The notes under the pieces are model-generated. The model saw only the letters and a list, made by a program, of their open reading frames with translations, had not been told where the DNA came from and made no database searches. Below are positions 1 to 9,292 of a DNA stretch of 34,912 nucleotides, piece after piece; the first letter of the stretch is position 1; each line of letters begins with the position of its first letter. This DNA is from Hydrogenophaga sp. GTDB lineage: Bacteria; Pseudomonadota; Gammaproteobacteria; Burkholderiales; Burkholderiaceae_C. The stretch is from contig JANPKR010000257.1 of assembly GCA_031426175.1 (NCBI GenBank), positions 1-34,912 on the forward strand, in the 5' to 3' direction. Both the position numbers and the translations under genes were made by a program.

Positions 1-119
1 CAGCTCCAGACCACGCGGCCATGCGGATCGATCAGCGCGCTGAAGGCGCAGTTGCCCACCACGCCAAGCGAGAGCGATGGGGCGGCGGGCGGCGCGAAGC
101 CGTTTGGAGAGCGGGTCAT
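1..119 (-). CDS. Glycoside hydrolase family 15 protein (trehalase/glucoamylase-like), N-terminal part only; runs off the window start
   Basis: Not in the ORF track. ATG at 119-117 overlaps the otsB stop (ATGA). Manual translation MTRSPNGFAPPAAPSLSLGVVGNCAFSALIDPHGRVVWS matches the GH15 N-terminal pattern (G.IGNC..SALID..G...W.C). otsB-GH15-otsA is a common betaproteobacterial arrangement. Confidence 0.75.
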   Translation of the reverse strand, partial: MTRSPNGFAPPAAPSLSLGVVGNCAFSALIDPHGRVVWS

Positions 120-856
120 GTGTGGATCAATGGGGTTGGGAGAGCGTCTGCGAGCCAGGCGCGCAGGGCTTCGGGGTTTTCGCAGCGGTGCCGGGCGCAG
201 CTGGTGCCCGCGCCGACCTTGATGCCGGTGCCACCCAGGCGCTGCACGACAGCGAAGCCGGCTTCGTCGGTCACGTCGTCGCCGGCAAACACGGGTAAGC
301 GTCCGGCAAATGGCACTTCGTTCATGAAAGCCTCGATGGCCAGGCCCTTGTTCACGTCCACCGACTTCACTTCAACCACGGCCTTGCCGCGCAACAGTTG
401 GAGACCGCTGGCCTTGTCAATGGAGCGTTCCAGTGTTTGCACGCACAAGGCTTCGAGCGAAGGTGCCAGCCGGAAGTGCAGCGCCATGGAGGTTTGCTTG
501 GTTTCCAGCAGCAGCCCGGTGTGCCGCGAGACCAGGTGTTGAGCGGCGGCCACGGCGCGGTCCAGTCCGGGCGGACGCGTCGCCGACGCATCGCCGTGCG
601 CCGAGATGCGCAAGGCGCCGTGTTCGAACGCGGCGGGCCAGCGCCAGGGAGAGAGCATGGGTTCGATGTCTTCGCGGGCGCGGCCGGTCACGATCGCCAG
701 CGCGCCATTCAGACTCTCGTGCAACCGGTCCAGCAGTCGCGCGAGGTCAACGGGCACGTCCACCGCGTCGGGCCGGTGGGCCAGTTCGGCCAGCGTTCCA
801 TCGAAATCCAGAAAGAGTGCTGACCCTTGCGTCAGCAGCTTGGGCAATGTACTCAT
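116..856 (-). CDS. otsB: Trehalose-6-phosphate phosphatase (HAD family)
   Basis: HAD motif I FLDFDGTL, AIVTGR, GKAVVEVK, NKG, and motif IV FAGDDVTDEAGF. Start placed at MSTLPK (ATG 856). Confidence 0.93.
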   Translation of the reverse strand: MSTLPKLLTQGSALFLDFDGTLAELAHRPDAVDVPVDLARLLDRLHESLNGALAIVTGRAREDIEPMLSPWRWPAAFEHGALRISAHGDASATRPPGLDRAVAAAQHLVSRHTGLLLETKQTSMALHFRLAPSLEALCVQTLERSIDKASGLQLLRGKAVVEVKSVDVNKGLAIEAFMNEVPFAGRLPVFAGDDVTDEAGFAVVQRLGGTGIKVGAGTSCARHRCENPEALRAWLADALPTPLIHT

Positions 857-962
857 CAGCGGGCCACCGTAACACGCGAAGCCTGCGCATGACCAGCCCG
901 TTGGCATACCCCACCTTCAGGGTGCGAAGTTTTTCAGCCCGCTTGACGGATGCGGATCCCGC

Positions 963-2255
963 TCAATCGCCAGCAACGGCGGGGTCTGTGGCGCCGAGGC
1001 CTCGCGCCACGGCCGCCACGCGTGCCTTGTGGATCTGTTCGCCCACTTTGGGGCCGCTCAGGCCGTCGGCTTGTGCCTGTGCAGCGATGCGGGCGGTGTC
1101 CACCGACTGTGCCCACACCAGCGCTTGTGCGAGCCGTCTGCGTTGCGGGTAGGCGATCTCGCTCAACCCGAGCCGTCCGCGCGCGTCGCATTCGCAGGCC
1201 AGCAGCACCTCGTGAAAACGCGCTGGTTTGCGCAGCGCATCGCAGCGCTCCAGCAGCCGCACCAGGGCCGCAGTGCCGAGTGTTTCACTGCGGTGGATGT
1301 TGCCGTGTTCGCGCGCCACCACATCGGCCAGTTCGCGGCAGTCCACCGGCACACGCAGCCGCTCGCACACGCCCTTGAGCAAGCGCGCGCTGCGTTCCTC
1401 GTGACCAATGTGGCGCGGCAATACGTCGGCGGGTGTTGTGCCCTTGCCGAGGTCGTGGCCCAGGCAGGCAAAGCGCACAGTCAGCGGTGCGGCCAGGCGC
1501 GCGCTCATGTCGAGCACCATCATCAGGTGCAGGCCAGTGTCGATCTCAGGGTGGTACTCCGCGCGCTGAGGAACGCCCCAGAGCCGGTCCACCTCGGGCA
1601 GCAGGCGCTTCAAGGCGCCACAGTCGCGCAGGACGTCAATCATGCGGCTGGGCCGCCGCTCCATCAGCCCGCGCGCCAACTCCTGCCACACGCGTTCTGC
1701 CACCAGGTGGTCCACTTCGCCGTGCTTCACCATGCGCCGCATCAAGTCCAGCGTTTCCGGTGCGACCGAAAAATCCGGGAAGCGCGCGGCGAAGCGCGCC
1801 AGCCGCAGAATGCGCACCGGGTCCTCGGTGAACGCGTCGGTCACGTGGCGTAGCACGCGGTGCTGCAGGTCTTGCTGGCCGTTGTGGGGGTCGATGATTT
1901 GCGCACGCGCTGGATCGTGTGCCTCGCTGGCTTCCACAGCCATGGCGTTGATGGTGAGGTCGCGGCGCGCCAGGTCGTCTTCCAGCGTCACGCCCGGTTC
2001 GGCGTGCACCACAAAGCCCCGGTAGCCGGGGGCGGTTTTGCGCTCGGTGCGGGCGAGCGCATGTTCCTCGCGTGTGTGGGGGTGCAGGAACACCGGAAAG
2101 TCGCGGCCCACCGGTAGAAAGCCCTGTTGCACCATGGTCTCGGGCGTGGCCCCCACCACCACCCAGTCGCGATCCACGTGCGAGGCTTCAGGCGCACCTG
2201 CGGCATGTGCCAACAACGCGTCGCGAACCGCGCCGCCGACGAGGTAAGTTTTCAT
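963..2255 (-). CDS. cca: Multifunctional CCA-adding enzyme (nucleotidyltransferase plus HD domain)
   Basis: YLVGGAVRD, DRDWVVVG, VGRDFPVFLHP, EDDLARRDLTINAMA, EDPVRILRLARFAARF, HPEIDTGLH, HDLGKG. Confidence 0.97.
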   Translation of the reverse strand: MKTYLVGGAVRDALLAHAAGAPEASHVDRDWVVVGATPETMVQQGFLPVGRDFPVFLHPHTREEHALARTERKTAPGYRGFVVHAEPGVTLEDDLARRDLTINAMAVEASEAHDPARAQIIDPHNGQQDLQHRVLRHVTDAFTEDPVRILRLARFAARFPDFSVAPETLDLMRRMVKHGEVDHLVAERVWQELARGLMERRPSRMIDVLRDCGALKRLLPEVDRLWGVPQRAEYHPEIDTGLHLMMVLDMSARLAAPLTVRFACLGHDLGKGTTPADVLPRHIGHEERSARLLKGVCERLRVPVDCRELADVVAREHGNIHRSETLGTAALVRLLERCDALRKPARFHEVLLACECDARGRLGLSEIAYPQRRRLAQALVWAQSVDTARIAAQAQADGLSGPKVGEQIHKARVAAVARGLGATDPAVAGD

Positions 2256-2282
2256 GCTGCCGAGTTTAGGCCCGGCTCGTCT

Positions 2283-2972
2283 TCAGCGGCCCAACCGGTA
2301 AGGCTCGTCGAAGTCGATGAAGTCGTGCTCGGCCAGTGCGTCATCGATCCAGGCTTTCACACCCGGCAGCGCACACACTCGATCAACGTAGGCCAGGAGA
2401 TCGGCGGGCAACGGCAGTTCGTAGGTCTTGATGCGCATGCAGACCGGCGCGAAGTAGGCGTCGGCGATGGTGAACGCGCCGAACAGCATGGCGCCGGCGG
2501 GTTGTGCGGCGAGCAGTTCGCTCCACAGTCCACCCAGGCGCGCCATGTCGGCGCGCACAGCTGGCTTGTCGCGCCAGACCAGCCGGCCGATCTCGGGCAG
2601 CGAGGCTTCGATGTTCATGGGGCAGTGGGTGCGCAGCGCGGTGAAGCCGCTGTGCATTTCGGCGCAGACGCTGCGCGCGCGGGCGCGGGCGCGCACATCG
2701 GTTGGCCACAGCTGTTTCTCGGGGAAGCACTCAGCGAGGTACTCAGCGATCGCCAGCGTGTCCCAAATGGCAAAACCGTCGTCCACCAGCACAGGCACCT
2801 TGCCCAGCGGGTTGACGGCGCGCAGGCGCTGCTTGAAGACCGAGTCGACGTCGAACGAGTCGAATCGGACCATGACCTCTTCAAACGGGATGTCCGCCTG
2901 CTTCAGGAGCACCCAGGGCCTCATGGACCAGGACGAGTAGTTTTTGTTGCCGACGTAGAGTTGCAGTGCCAT
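2283..2972 (-). CDS. Glutathione S-transferase family protein
   Basis: LYVGNKNYSSWSMRPW, NPLGKVPVL, WDTLAIAEYL, AEMHSGF, FTIADAYFAPV. Start placed at MALQLY with a GGAG RBS. Confidence 0.93.
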   Translation of the reverse strand: MALQLYVGNKNYSSWSMRPWVLLKQADIPFEEVMVRFDSFDVDSVFKQRLRAVNPLGKVPVLVDDGFAIWDTLAIAEYLAECFPEKQLWPTDVRARARARSVCAEMHSGFTALRTHCPMNIEASLPEIGRLVWRDKPAVRADMARLGGLWSELLAAQPAGAMLFGAFTIADAYFAPVCMRIKTYELPLPADLLAYVDRVCALPGVKAWIDDALAEHDFIDFDEPYRLGR

Positions 2973-3062
2973 GGGGTCTCCTGAAAGAGCCTCCATGGTA
3001 CGGACTTCGGGTTGGTCCATTGATGCCGAAAAGGCCCTGGATTGATCTGCTCCGGCGGGAGC

Positions 3063-3389
3063 TCAAGCGTATTTTTCGAGGATGCGGGTGGAGCGCTCGA
3101 CCTCTCGGAAGGTGTGAACCTCCGATTCGGAGGACGAGACGGCTTCCATCACGGAGGTGGCCATCATCCGGTAGAAGGCCTTGTCCATCGCCTTGCGGGC
3201 GGCCGCCATCTGCTGGGCCACGTCCTCACACGAGCGACCGTCTTCGACCATGTCGATCAATCCGCGCACCTGACCTTCGATGCGTTTCAGGCGGTTGATG
3301 ACATCGCGCTGGTGTTCGGTGCGGTACACCGGGCCGTTGGTGGCTGAGCTTGTGCGGCGGACAGGGGGCTTCACGCTGGTGTCGTTCAT
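3063..3389 (-). CDS. CsoR/RcnR/FrmR-family (DUF156) transcriptional repressor
   Basis: RLKRIEGQVRGLIDMVEDGRSCEDVAQQMAAARKAM family signature; 108 aa. Confidence 0.88.
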   Translation of the reverse strand: MNDTSVKPPVRRTSSATNGPVYRTEHQRDVINRLKRIEGQVRGLIDMVEDGRSCEDVAQQMAAARKAMDKAFYRMMATSVMEAVSSSESEVHTFREVERSTRILEKYA

Positions 3390-3422
3390 GGGAGTTCCTC
3401 GGGTTGGAGTTGTACTGTGTAC

Positions 3423-3475
3423 GGTTTAATGTAAACCCGAAAAACACCCATAAAAATGACACCTTGGTGTTATTT
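3423..3475. promoter_or_regulatory. AT-rich upstream region of the CsoR-family gene with two palindromes (candidate operator)
   Basis: GGTTTA-ATG-TAAACC (3423-3437) and AAATGACACC-TT-GGTGTTATTT (3454-3475, 9/10 match). Confidence 0.35.
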
Positions 3476-3517
3476 GTTGGCGTCAATATCAGTCAAAAGT
3501 CACGAATCGAGCGTCAG

Positions 3518-4480
3518 TCAGACGGCGGGTGGCCGCCCACCCTGGCGGAAATCCAGCAGCTTGCTGCGGCCACCTCGCTGACCGAGGTAGGTGGGCGCCA
3601 CGGTGTGCACGCTGGCCGGCACGATCCCCAGCGAGGAGAGACCCGGCCATTGTTGGGTGGACACGTTGTCGACCGACATGGCGTCGAGGTTGTCGCGGCT
3701 CATCAGGGGTTCGCCGGGCATCATTTCCATCATGCGGGCCTGCAGCCGCGCCAGCGCAGCGGGCAGCGGCAAAACCGGGCGCTGCTGGCTTCCGTACCGC
3801 CCCGCAATGCCCACCAGCTCGCCCAGCGTCAACACGTCGGGGCCGGCGCACTCGAAGGTCTGGCCGACCGTGCTCTTGGGCAAGCCTTGGTCTGCGATGC
3901 AGACCGCCACCGCGTTGGCCACGTCTTCCACCCACACCGGCTGGAAGCGGGCGCCTGCGCTGGCCAGTGGCACCACCGGAAATACCGATTGCAGGCCAGC
4001 AAACACGTTGAGGAACCGGTCGCCCGAGCCAAAGATAACGCTGGGGCGCAGCACGGTGAGGTCCAGCCCGGCGGCCCGCAACAGCTCTTCTCCGCGTGCC
4101 TTGCTGCGCTGGTAGCGAGAAGGCCCGTCGAGGCTCACGCCCAGCGCGCTGATGTGTACCAGGCGGCGCACGCCGTTGGCCACGCAGGCTTCCGACAAGG
4201 CCAACGGCAGCTCGACGTGCACCCGCTCGAACGCTTCTTCTGTGCCGTGCAGGATGGCAATCAGGTTGACCACAGCGTCGTGACCGCTCACCAGTTCCAA
4301 CAATTGCGCGGGGTCGTGCACGTTGGCTTCGATCACGGTCACGCGCGGCAGGTGTTGCACCGCAGCGGCGTTGATGGCGCGGCGCGTGGGCACCGTGATG
4401 CGCCAACCCTGGCGTTGCAGTTTTTCACAAACGTGGCGGCCGACGAAGCCGGTGCCGCCAAGAACGAGGATGTTTTTCAT
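3518..4480 (-). CDS. Complex I NDUFA9-like atypical SDR / NAD-dependent epimerase family protein
   Basis: ILVLGGTGFVG Rossmann motif, VVNLIAIL, HISALG, YQRSKARGE, LRPSVIFG, QPVWVEDVA. Confidence 0.9.
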   Translation of the reverse strand: MKNILVLGGTGFVGRHVCEKLQRQGWRITVPTRRAINAAAVQHLPRVTVIEANVHDPAQLLELVSGHDAVVNLIAILHGTEEAFERVHVELPLALSEACVANGVRRLVHISALGVSLDGPSRYQRSKARGEELLRAAGLDLTVLRPSVIFGSGDRFLNVFAGLQSVFPVVPLASAGARFQPVWVEDVANAVAVCIADQGLPKSTVGQTFECAGPDVLTLGELVGIAGRYGSQQRPVLPLPAALARLQARMMEMMPGEPLMSRDNLDAMSVDNVSTQQWPGLSSLGIVPASVHTVAPTYLGQRGGRSKLLDFRQGGRPPAV

Positions 4481-4484
4481 GGGC

Positions 4485-6470
4485 TCAGGGGAGGTCTTTG
4501 TTGATGGTGGCTTCACCGCTCAGGCGCGGGCCGACCGTGCCCAGACGTGCGCGCAGGGACTGCGGCTGACCCGTGAGCAGCGCGGCGTAACTGGTGGTGT
4601 TGGCCAGCACCCGCTTGACGTAGTCGCGCGTCTCTTCGAACGGAATGTTTTCGGCCCAGATCTCGCCCGGCAATACCGGGCCGTTGCGCCAGTTGCGCGG
4701 GCGGCCTGGCCCGGCGTTGTAGGCGGCGGCGGCCATGGGCAATGAGCCTTCGAAGTCGTCGAGCGCGAGCTTGAGGTAGGCCGTGCCGATCAGGATGTTG
4801 GTGTCGCGCTCCGTGATCTGCGCCGGCCGGAAATCCGTCAAGCCGATCTTGCGCGCGGTCCAGCGTGCGGTGGCGGGCATCACCTGCATGAGGCCTGAGG
4901 CGCCCACGCCCGAGCGAGCATCGGTGACGAACCGGCTTTCCTGGCGGATCAGGCCGTACACGTAGGCTGGATCGAGACCGATTTCGCGCGAGCGGGTCAC
5001 CACCGCCGAGCGGTGAGGTGTGGGAAAGCGCTGGGCATGGTCTTGCGCGGCAGGCGTGCGAAGGCTGGTGTTGATGCAGCGGTCCCACAGCTCGGCTTCG
5101 CAGGCAAGAGCCGCCGCGGCCAGCAGTTCGCGCTCGCCCAGGCCGCCCGCGTCGTGCAGGTTGGTGGTGTAGTTCCACTCCCGCACGCCTTCACTTCGCA
5201 GCCCCAACCGCATGGCGATGAGCGCGCGCCGCAGACCCGGGTTGCGCTGCGCGGCGTTGGTCTCCTCGGCTGTCAGCGGAGCGGGAGCGGGCGGTGTGGT
5301 GATGGGTCGGCCCAGGTCTTCGAGCGCGAGCTGTTCGTAGAAGCCGCGCTCGGAGGCGATGGATTCGAGCAGCGTGCGCGCCTGTGCCGAGGCCGTGGCC
5401 GCGTCGGGCAGCTTGAGCGCTTGCAGTGCGCGCGCTTGCCAGTAGATCCAGTCGGGCTGGCCTCGCTGCGCATCGCTCATGGCTGCCACCGCATCACGCA
5501 CGTGGCCCCAGGCGCCCGCGCGCATGCCGGCGCGTGCTTTCCACTCCAGGTGGTCATCGTGCATGTGGCGGTCTTCGCCGTTGACGAAGTAGGTCAGGGC
5601 CTGGCTTTCCAGCTTCTGCGCCGAGCGCTTGCCGATCACGCCCCAGATCCAGCTGCGTTCTTCCTTCGTGAGCTGGGCTTTCCAGCGCGTGCGGTCCATC
5701 TCCAGAGCAGCCGCTGCGGGGTCGCTCGAAGCCAGCCGGATGATCGCCAGCGTCACCAGTTCCTTGGTGCGCGGGCGGATGGCGGTGACTTTCTCATCGA
5801 GGTACTTGGCCGGATCTTTGGCCACGGTGTCCACCATTGCCGCCCAGTCGGGATCGATCAGCCCCACGGCCTGGCTGGCCACACGCGGTCGGTTCGCGTC
5901 CATGGCCAGGCGGGCGCGTTGCCAGGCGGCCTCGGGCTTGAGATGGCCGCTGCTGAGCAGCGACTGAGCTGCGGTGGCACAACCGTCGTCGGCCTCGCGC
6001 TGTGCGTGCCACAGCGTGCGCACACGCTCTGCAGCGAGCTCGGGCGCCATGCGGGCGCTGGCGGCGTCGAGCATGAGGGCGTAACAACTCACCTGCCGGT
6101 CGTCGTTCATGCGAAAGCGCGGCAACTCGGCGGAGAAGTTCGGCCAATCACGCGCGCGGCCCAGCTGCAGCAACCAGTCGTTGCGCAGCCGGTCTTCCCA
6201 GTAGGTGCCGGCCATGCGGTCCATGGCGGCGCGGATGTCGCTCGCACTGGCCGACTCCAGCCGCGTCTTCATGTCCCAGTAAATCGCCAACGGCTCCAGC
6301 GCATGTCCGCGCACGGCGGGCAGCAGGGCAGCCAGCTGCGCGGTGTTGTTGCGGCGAAATGCGTCGCGCATTTCCAGCACGGTCGCGTCACCTCCGGCGC
6401 TGCTTTGTGCATGCGCCAGACCCGGCAGTACCAGCACGGCCATAATGAAATGCAGAACCCACCGTTGCAT
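4485..6470 (-). CDS. slt: Soluble lytic murein transglycosylase (Slt70-like)
   Basis: C-terminal SLT domain IRQESRF, GASGLMQVMPATA, AAYNAGPGR, IPFEETRDYVKRV; signal peptide ending AHA-Q. Start uncertain (6470, 6479 or 6530). Confidence 0.93.
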   Translation of the reverse strand: MQRWVLHFIMAVLVLPGLAHAQSSAGGDATVLEMRDAFRRNNTAQLAALLPAVRGHALEPLAIYWDMKTRLESASASDIRAAMDRMAGTYWEDRLRNDWLLQLGRARDWPNFSAELPRFRMNDDRQVSCYALMLDAASARMAPELAAERVRTLWHAQREADDGCATAAQSLLSSGHLKPEAAWQRARLAMDANRPRVASQAVGLIDPDWAAMVDTVAKDPAKYLDEKVTAIRPRTKELVTLAIIRLASSDPAAAALEMDRTRWKAQLTKEERSWIWGVIGKRSAQKLESQALTYFVNGEDRHMHDDHLEWKARAGMRAGAWGHVRDAVAAMSDAQRGQPDWIYWQARALQALKLPDAATASAQARTLLESIASERGFYEQLALEDLGRPITTPPAPAPLTAEETNAAQRNPGLRRALIAMRLGLRSEGVREWNYTTNLHDAGGLGERELLAAAALACEAELWDRCINTSLRTPAAQDHAQRFPTPHRSAVVTRSREIGLDPAYVYGLIRQESRFVTDARSGVGASGLMQVMPATARWTARKIGLTDFRPAQITERDTNILIGTAYLKLALDDFEGSLPMAAAAYNAGPGRPRNWRNGPVLPGEIWAENIPFEETRDYVKRVLANTTSYAALLTGQPQSLRARLGTVGPRLSGEATINKDLP

Positions 6471-6539
6471 GCCTCGCATGCCCGCTGTGTTCTGTGGTTT
6501 CGATCCCTGTTTCACACCAACCTGTTTCATGCGTTGATT

Positions 6540-7214
6540 ATGGACACCAAAGACGGCCAGAGTTCCCCTCCACCCCACAGGAAACAGGCCGAAGGATCAA
6601 CGGCGGCAGCCCAGAAAACCGAATGGCGCAAGGCCCTGGTTGAAAAGCGCCTGGGTCTGGCCGACCGCGGCTTTCGCAACGACATGCTGCAGCGGGTCAT
6701 GCGGGTGTGGCTGATCGAGCGACCCGACGCGGTGATTGGCGCCTACTGGCCCATCAAGGGCGAGTTTGACCCCTTGCCGGCGCTGTTTCGCTGGCAGGAA
6801 GCGGGCCTTGAAGAAGACGCTCAAGGGGCACAAAGGCACCGGCGCATCGGCCTGCCGGTGGTCAACAAGGTCGACAAGACGCTGACCTTCTACACCTGGT
6901 ACCCGGGCTGCCCGATGGAAGAGGACGCGTATGGCATCCCGAAACCCAAGGACACCGAGATCGTCGTGCCCACCCTGATTTTTGTGCCTTGCGTCGGCTA
7001 CGGGCCGGGCGGTTTCCGGTTGGGTTATGGCGGTGGTTTCTACGACCGCACGCTGGCCAGCCTTCAGCCCAAGCCGTTCACCGTGGGCCTGGGTTACGAC
7101 TTTGCCTACCTGCCGCACTTGCAGCCCGAAGCCCACGATGTGCCGCTCGACGCCATATTGAGTGACACCGGCGTCATGTGGCCCGAGAGGCAGATGCCTT
7201 CTGGCGAGCTCTAA
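6540..7214 (+). CDS. ygfA: 5-formyltetrahydrofolate cyclo-ligase
   Basis: C-terminal part of track ORF 5013..7214, from ATG 6540. Motifs GAYWPIKGEFDP, YGIPKP, VPCVG, RLGYGGGFYDRTL, HDVPLD. Confidence 0.92.
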   Translation: MDTKDGQSSPPPHRKQAEGSTAAAQKTEWRKALVEKRLGLADRGFRNDMLQRVMRVWLIERPDAVIGAYWPIKGEFDPLPALFRWQEAGLEEDAQGAQRHRRIGLPVVNKVDKTLTFYTWYPGCPMEEDAYGIPKPKDTEIVVPTLIFVPCVGYGPGGFRLGYGGGFYDRTLASLQPKPFTVGLGYDFAYLPHLQPEAHDVPLDAILSDTGVMWPERQMPSGEL

Positions 7215-8128
7215 GGATGTTCCGCGTTCGCGTGCACCTCGGTGATGCGCTTCTCGCGCCGCACCAGGTAGAGCCCGCTGCCGATGATGATGGCCGCACC
7301 CCACCAGGTGTGTGAGGCCGGCAGGGTCTGCCAGATCAGCCAGTCCAGCCCCAGGCCCCAGGCCAGTGCGCTGTATTCGAACGGTGCCACGGCAGACGCC
7401 TGACCGTGGCGGAAGGCCTCGGTGATGGCCAACTGGCCACAGAAACCGGTGATGGCCAGCGCCAGCAGCAACGGAGCGTCGCTGCGCTGAATGGCCACCC
7501 AGTCGGGCCAGGCCAGGGTGCCGGCACCCACCGACATCAGCACCATCATCCACAGCACCATGCTTTCGCTGCTGTCGGTGCGGCTGGCCAGTCGGCCGGT
7601 GACAGCGGCGACCGCATAGCACAGCGCTGCGCCCAGCGTGGCCAGACCCCCCACGGTGACGAAGCCGCTCTGCAAGTCCTCACCGCTGGGCCGCAGGGCA
7701 ATCAGCACGCCGATGAACCCGACCCCGATCGCCCCCCAATGCGCGCCGGGCACGCGTTCCTTGAGCACTGGCACCGACAACATGGTGATGAGCAGTGGGG
7801 AGACGAAAAACAGCGTGTACGCGGCCGACAGCGGCAGCTCGCGCACACCCAGCGTGAACAGCGACAGCATGGTGACACCGAGCACGCCGCGCAGCAGGTG
7901 CAGCGGCCAGCGGACCTTGAGGACCGTGTGCCACGCGCCACGCCAGGTGATGTAGAGGAGCACCAGCGGCATGGCGGTCATGCCGCGCAGCGCTGCGATC
8001 TGCAGCACCGGGTAGCGCGTGGAGAGCGTCTTGAGTACCGCGTCCATGAGCGCGAAGAAACCCACGGCAAGGAGCATGAAAACGATGCTGCGCAGATTGC
8101 CGGCGGCGAGGTGTCGGGCGTTCGGCAT
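7211..8128 (-). CDS. DMT/EamA family transporter
   Basis: About 10 hydrophobic helices in two EamA repeats; PLLITMLSVPVLKERV, ASAVAPFEYS. Confidence 0.9.
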   Translation of the reverse strand: MPNARHLAAGNLRSIVFMLLAVGFFALMDAVLKTLSTRYPVLQIAALRGMTAMPLVLLYITWRGAWHTVLKVRWPLHLLRGVLGVTMLSLFTLGVRELPLSAAYTLFFVSPLLITMLSVPVLKERVPGAHWGAIGVGFIGVLIALRPSGEDLQSGFVTVGGLATLGAALCYAVAAVTGRLASRTDSSESMVLWMMVLMSVGAGTLAWPDWVAIQRSDAPLLLALAITGFCGQLAITEAFRHGQASAVAPFEYSALAWGLGLDWLIWQTLPASHTWWGAAIIIGSGLYLVRREKRITEVHANAEHP

Positions 8129-8133
8129 CGGTC

Positions 8134-9165
8134 TCAGTCCATCTGGTCAACCGTGTCCGGATCGGGCACGTCGCCGATGGCTTCGCGCGTTGCGGCAGCC
8201 TGCAGCAGCAGCCAGTCGCAGAACGCCTTGACCTCGGGCCGTTGCGCGCTGCGCGGTGCCACCATGAGCCAGTAGACGAGCGGTGAGTCCAGCCGCGTGT
8301 GGGGCAGCGGCTCCACCAGCGCGCCGCTGGCCAGGCTCTCGGCCACGAGCGGCAGGCGCGCGAGCGCCACGCCCTGGCCGGTGAGCGCGGCCTGCACGAT
8401 CTGGTTGGCGTAGTTGAAGTACATCCAGCGCTGTGGCGAGAGCTTGGCTGGCGCTGCGCTGGCGCGGGTGCGTTTCCCCGTGGTCGCGGCGGGCTTTGCG
8501 CCGAAGGTGTCCAGCCAGCGCTGCCAGGTGAGCCATTCGAGGTGGCGCGTGCGGTGCGCGTCACCCGCTTCGATCAGGGCGCATTTCGACAGGTCTTCAA
8601 TGCTCTGGATCGGATGGCTCTTGAGCAGCCACGGGCTGGCCACGGGCGTGAGCTGTTCACCAAACAGCCGTTGTGCGCTGGCGGGGATGCCCTGCGGCAC
8701 GGCATAGCGCAGCGCGAGGTCGACGTCGGAAGTGGCGAGATCGACTGCGTTGTCGGTGGCATCGATGCGGATGTCGATGTCGGGGTGGTCGCGCTGAAAG
8801 GCCTCCAGGCGCGGGATCAACCACATCGAAGCGAACGAGGCCCAGGTGGTGATGGCCACGCTCTTGCGCCCGGCGCTCTGGCGAATCTGCCGCACGCTCG
8901 CATCAATACGCTCCAGCGCGGAGGCCGCCGCACGCAGCAACTGCGAGCCTGCGCTGGTGAGTTCCACCGCGCGGGTATGACGAAGGAACAGGGCAGTGCC
9001 GACCTCGTCTTCCAGCGCCTGAATCTGACGGCTGACCGCGCTTTGTGTGAGCGAGAGCTCCTCGGCGGCCGCACGGAAATTGAGGTGGCGCGCCACCGCT
9101 TCGAAGGCGCGCAGGTGGCCGGCGGCAATCGGCCGGGTGCGGGGGTGGCTGCTGGTGAGCTGCAT
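8134..9165 (-). CDS. LysR-family regulator (GcvA-like)
   Basis: LRAFEAVARHLNFRAAAEELSLTQSAVSRQIQALE HTH, WLIPRL, GQGVAL. Confidence 0.93.
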   Translation of the reverse strand: MQLTSSHPRTRPIAAGHLRAFEAVARHLNFRAAAEELSLTQSAVSRQIQALEDEVGTALFLRHTRAVELTSAGSQLLRAAASALERIDASVRQIRQSAGRKSVAITTWASFASMWLIPRLEAFQRDHPDIDIRIDATDNAVDLATSDVDLALRYAVPQGIPASAQRLFGEQLTPVASPWLLKSHPIQSIEDLSKCALIEAGDAHRTRHLEWLTWQRWLDTFGAKPAATTGKRTRASAAPAKLSPQRWMYFNYANQIVQAALTGQGVALARLPLVAESLASGALVEPLPHTRLDSPLVYWLMVAPRSAQRPEVKAFCDWLLLQAAATREAIGDVPDPDTVDQMD

Positions 9166-9180
9166 GGCGGTGCTCCGGGC

Positions 9181-9203
9181 ATTGATGCGGTTATCGAATC
9201 AAT
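9181..9203. promoter_or_regulatory. Probable LysR box between the divergent LysR and DUF2917 genes
   Basis: ATTGAT-N11-ATCAAT perfect dyad containing T-N11-A. Confidence 0.6.
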
Positions 9204-9292
9204 AGCTTAGCGCGCTTTCATTGGACTGCGCGGGGTCAAAGCCCGAGCATTGGACCCCAGGATGAGCTTCATCCCTTCTCAGGAGTCCCGCC

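Noticed and set aside
905-926. CATACCCCACCTTCAGGGTGCG as a CsoR-type operator upstream of otsB
   Set aside because: Poor dyad symmetry and distant from the CsoR-family gene.
5013-6539. Apparent 509-aa N-terminal extension of 5-formyl-THF cyclo-ligase
   Set aside because: Antisense to slt; the real gene starts at ATG 6540.
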